A stretch of 64,000 bases of DNA from the human T2T-CHM13v2.0 reference genome, Homo sapiens. Both the position numbers and the translations under genes were made by a program. The stretch lies in assembly GCF_009914755.1 (NCBI RefSeq), contig NC_060929.1. One strand, given 5' to 3'. How positions within the stretch are numbered: the first letter of the stretch is position 1; the number at the start of each line of letters is the position of its first letter. Shown here piece after piece: positions 60,305 to 64,000 of the stretch. Under the pieces are notes generated by a model. That model did no database searches, was not told the DNA's origin, and worked only from the letters and a program-made list of their open reading frames with translations.

Positions 60305-61999
60305 AAAACTGGACCAAAGAGCATATGATAAAGTGATTTCACAGGGAATGAACAATTAGGATAGCTCAACTGACTCAGACACGCTTTCAGGATGTGGGGT
60401 CTCTAAGGCCAGGTGACAGTCCTTGGGCACATCTGGGATAAGGAAGGTTTTCTATCCTGTTGGGTCTATTGGAGGACCTGGTTTCCACTATAATAGAAAG
60501 CAAAACAAAGAAAACAGCCCTTTTTCCCTGACCATGACTTTTATTTTTTGAGCCAATTTGATTAATGGATTTATCATTTTGACTACTATGATTTTCATGA
60601 AAAATTTACTCTCCTAAGACCTCTTCTGCATCTTTTGGTGTCATGCTTAACACGAATTATGAAAACATTCACTTCACAAGGATGCCTCCCACCTTTATTA
60701 TTATTATTGCATGAGAACATATGGAATTAGGTTTTATAGCTTTTAAATAACCTGATCTCTCAAACGTCTCTTGTAAATTAAGTATATTCACAGTAATCAA
60801 AATAAAATAAAACTGTAAGTCAACAGTGAATAATATATTTGCCTCTGTTAAACTATATATGATTATTCTATTTTAATTCCACCTGCTTAGAATGGTAACA
60901 TATACGATTGATTCCTGAATATATTTAAAAATATATTCAGATTTGAAAACTTATAATAATATGTACTTTTTTTTAACCATAACACTCAGAATATATTAGC
61001 TCTGAAGATTTTCTTCCTACTGAATAATGGAATTTTCTAAAATATGACAGAATTTCAATTCATTAATATGCTACAGAAAAAATAATTACTATTGCAAAAT
61101 ACAATATTTAAACAAATTAACAATCTGTGGTTAAACATACGAGTTATTTTTTTCCAGGTTATCCTTTCTATTTCTTATTTTGACTGACAACATTTTTGTG
61201 AATCACTGGCTAAGATATAATCACCTTTATTTCTGAGTTTGTATATAAAAGGATGCATAGATTAAAGAAAGTACTTGGTCCTAGGCAGTTCAAGTCACAT
61301 TATTCATTATGTAGAAAGCTAATGGCCCCAAGCTTCTGTTGGTAAATTATTTTTTATTGTTTTGTTTTGTTCCACTGAAGCGACAGCAGTCTCTGAAACA
61401 ATTCTCCTAGTGACTCAGTGACTAGTTTGTTTAACAATATTTGTTAAAATTGAAATTACACAGCCGGTAGTCACAAAAAAGAGGCAGGGTGGCAAAGGTT
61501 GTGCACATGGTTTACCAAGTGTTTCAGATTGCACTGTTAAAAATACACAAAGTGTTGGAAAACACTGGTAACTGTATGACCCAATAAAATCAGCATAGCA
61601 GAGCAGTTACTGCTTGTCTTGAGGTCAAAAAGATGCGTACTGTGACTCAAATTTTATTTTAATCAGACCTTTGAAAGACAAATAGCAAAAAGCTTTAAAT
61701 AAAACAAATTAAGAACTATGCGATCATGGGGTGAGACTGCTTTCCATTTTAGAACTTTTCCAGACTGAGTTTAGACAGTATTTAGCCTTGTTTTAGTCCC
61801 TTTTGAGTGAGGATTAAGAGACTGGTTCTCAAGGGCAGGGTGCCAGGTCCAATTTAGCATTAGCTGGTTCATAGCTAATGAATCCATTGATTGAATAATC
61901 ACTGACTGGCAGAATCTGATGGGCTTTTCCTAATTAGATGAAATCTGTCAATGTGCCACTGCATATCTATTTGCTATGTTTCTATACGGGAGAGGTAAA

Positions 62000-62401
62000 T
62001 ATGGTATACGGTTGTTCCACTATCGAGGAGGATGCTGTGCTGATAGTGCTGTACACTCACTCTCTGCTAGTCCTCTGCACAGAGAAGGATGTCTTTCAGT
62101 TTGGCTTCTGGTTGGGTTTGGCCAATGGGAGGCAGGAGAAGGAGATTGGGGGAGGGAGGAAAAAGAGATTATGACATTGATTCCCCGCTTGCTGCTAGAC
62201 TCTGCTGGGGATAGTTCCTTGATTTCCCTTAGGGTCTAAGGGTGGTAAGGGCATCTGTCTTCCACTGCCTGAATACCACAACATGCGCTGTTTGTTCCCT
62301 TAATCTTGCCCACCTCTTCATAAATAGTCCCTTAATTAAATTCTGTTCAGTTAAACTCTTTTGAATAGAATCTATATCTCATCTGGAACCTAACTAATAT
62401 A
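62000..62401 (+). mobile_element. ERVL solo LTR (LTR33-like)
   Basis: tggcttctggttgggtttggccaatgggaggca...; taagggtggtaa; cccttaatcttgcccacctcttcataaatagtcccttaattaaa. Confidence 0.75.
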
Positions 62402-63149
62402 TATACACAGAGCAATTTAGATTTTTATTTTATGATCCTCTGAACACTTAAAATTCGCAATATTGATGCCCAAAATGATAGTTATCTACCCAATATGTTA
62501 AAATTATTTTCCTAGTTTTTACTCAGTTACTTCAGTTTCAAGGTGACTCTGAATATGTTAAGGGCAAATGGTTCTTAAGAATAATAATATTCTTTATGTG
62601 ACTGTGGTTCAGAATCCTTCCGCATACAACTTTTGAATGGTACTTTTATCAATTGTTTCTTTTTTGTTTTGTTTCTTTTCCTTTCTTCAAAGCAGGATGA
62701 AGGAGCTTTCAAAAGAAATAATCAACTAAAATCCTAGGAGTCTTCAATAAGATAATTCAGTACGTGACAATATAAAGTGACTAATCTTTCTGAAAAATAA
62801 ATATTTGGTGGTTACCAAATATATGTGGAAAGACCATACTGGAGCATTTAACTTCCCTATTATAAACCATTTGTAGGTAATTTTTGAATACATATTGCAG
62901 GCAAACTAAAGTGAAAGCTAAAAAATTTCTTTCCATTTTCCTTGTGTGTAACAGAGTTTCTCAACTAAGAAAGCTCAGTACTATTATTTGACTTACAGAA
63001 AAAAATATCATCTATTTATCCCCTCTATTTATCTCTTCTGGCATTTATTTATCTTTGACTATTTTACTTTATATTACTTTATCTCTGCATTACTATTATC
63101 GTATGCATCTTACTAGTTTCTTGCTATTTATTTACCTCTTTTAAGATTT

Positions 63150-64000
63150 TCCCCAAATAAGTACAACATTCTTTATTTTGTTTTCTATTTTTAATCATGA
63201 AGTTAAGATATCCTCTGAATGTGTTTTTTCCCCCATACTTCTGTTTTTACTAAAAAATGTTCCTGTTTTATTTGCTTAGTAAATGCTATGCAATTTTCTT
63301 TATTATTTCCATTTGATTCAGTAAATATCCAGAAGTATGTTTCTTAGTTTTAATATTAGTACATTTTGCTTACAATTTTATTATTTACTTTTAGTGTTGG
63401 TAGATTTTTATCCAAGAATATGGCCCTCCATACTTCTTAACTTTTATAATTGCCTTTATCTTCTAGTAGCTGGTCAATTTTTATAAATTTTCCTTGGACA
63501 TATGTAACAAACATATACTATCATGCAATAAATAAAACCTTTAAAAGTTATTTAATACATGGTTATCTTAATTTGTTATTTCAACATTTTGTGGCTTTCC
63601 CTTCTAGCATTCTGTCTGATTCATGAGACGTGCATTCAAATGTTCACAATAATATTTTTCCTTAATTTCTTTTATTTTTAGTAACATTTGTTTTAATATT
63701 CACATGCTATGCTGTTTGGTGCACACATGTTCATTAGATTTGAGTATGAGCTTAACACATCTTTATAAGTTAAGACAGCTCACTACATAACTCCCATCTT
63801 TGGCCCTGCTAAGTGATTCTGTATTAAATTCCAATTTATCTCACATTATTCTTCCAATCCCACTCTTTGCATTGATTATATTTGCAGGCACTACTTTGAC
63901 CATTCCTTTAATTTCAACACTTATTTCATTAAATGTTATGAATAACTCATAACTACTTTCTTTGTTTACTGCAAATTTGAACTTTTATTCTTTTCAGAGG
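63150..64000 (-). mobile_element. Ancient L1M ORF2 (endonuclease region) relic
   Basis: The reverse strand reads like the L1 ORF2 start (gttgaaattaaaggaatggtcaaag...gcctgcaaata...gagataaattggaatttaa); heavily decayed. Confidence 0.55.

Overview
Primate (most likely human) genomic DNA lying entirely inside the delta-catenin gene CTNND2, transcribed on the minus strand. Four GT-AG coding exons can be delimited exactly: 51336-51164 (173 nt), 39358-38794 (565 nt, inside a CpG island), 19014-18820 (195 nt) and 779-524 (256 nt). They splice into one open frame encoding the Ser/Pro-rich N-terminal region up to ...[10 protein letters not shown] just before the armadillo repeats (exons 6-9 by my recollection of the gene; the numbering is not derivable from the window). 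The rest is intron filled with Alu, MIR, L1, L2, MaLR/ERVL LTRs and hAT/Tigger DNA transposon relics, and nearly all short ORFs in the track are noise or repeat-derived. I see no new multi-gene system. The best leads are: a 15-nt complementary box pair that could loop out the symmetric 195-nt exon; a 220-codon alternative frame across the CpG-island exon that stops 25 nt before the only in-frame Met; a candidate old L1 3' transduction; a locally templated ~50-bp patch inside a MER5A; and an Alu inserted at a junction of a ~128-bp triplication. Repeat subfamily calls come from remembered consensus sequences and need RepeatMasker confirmation.
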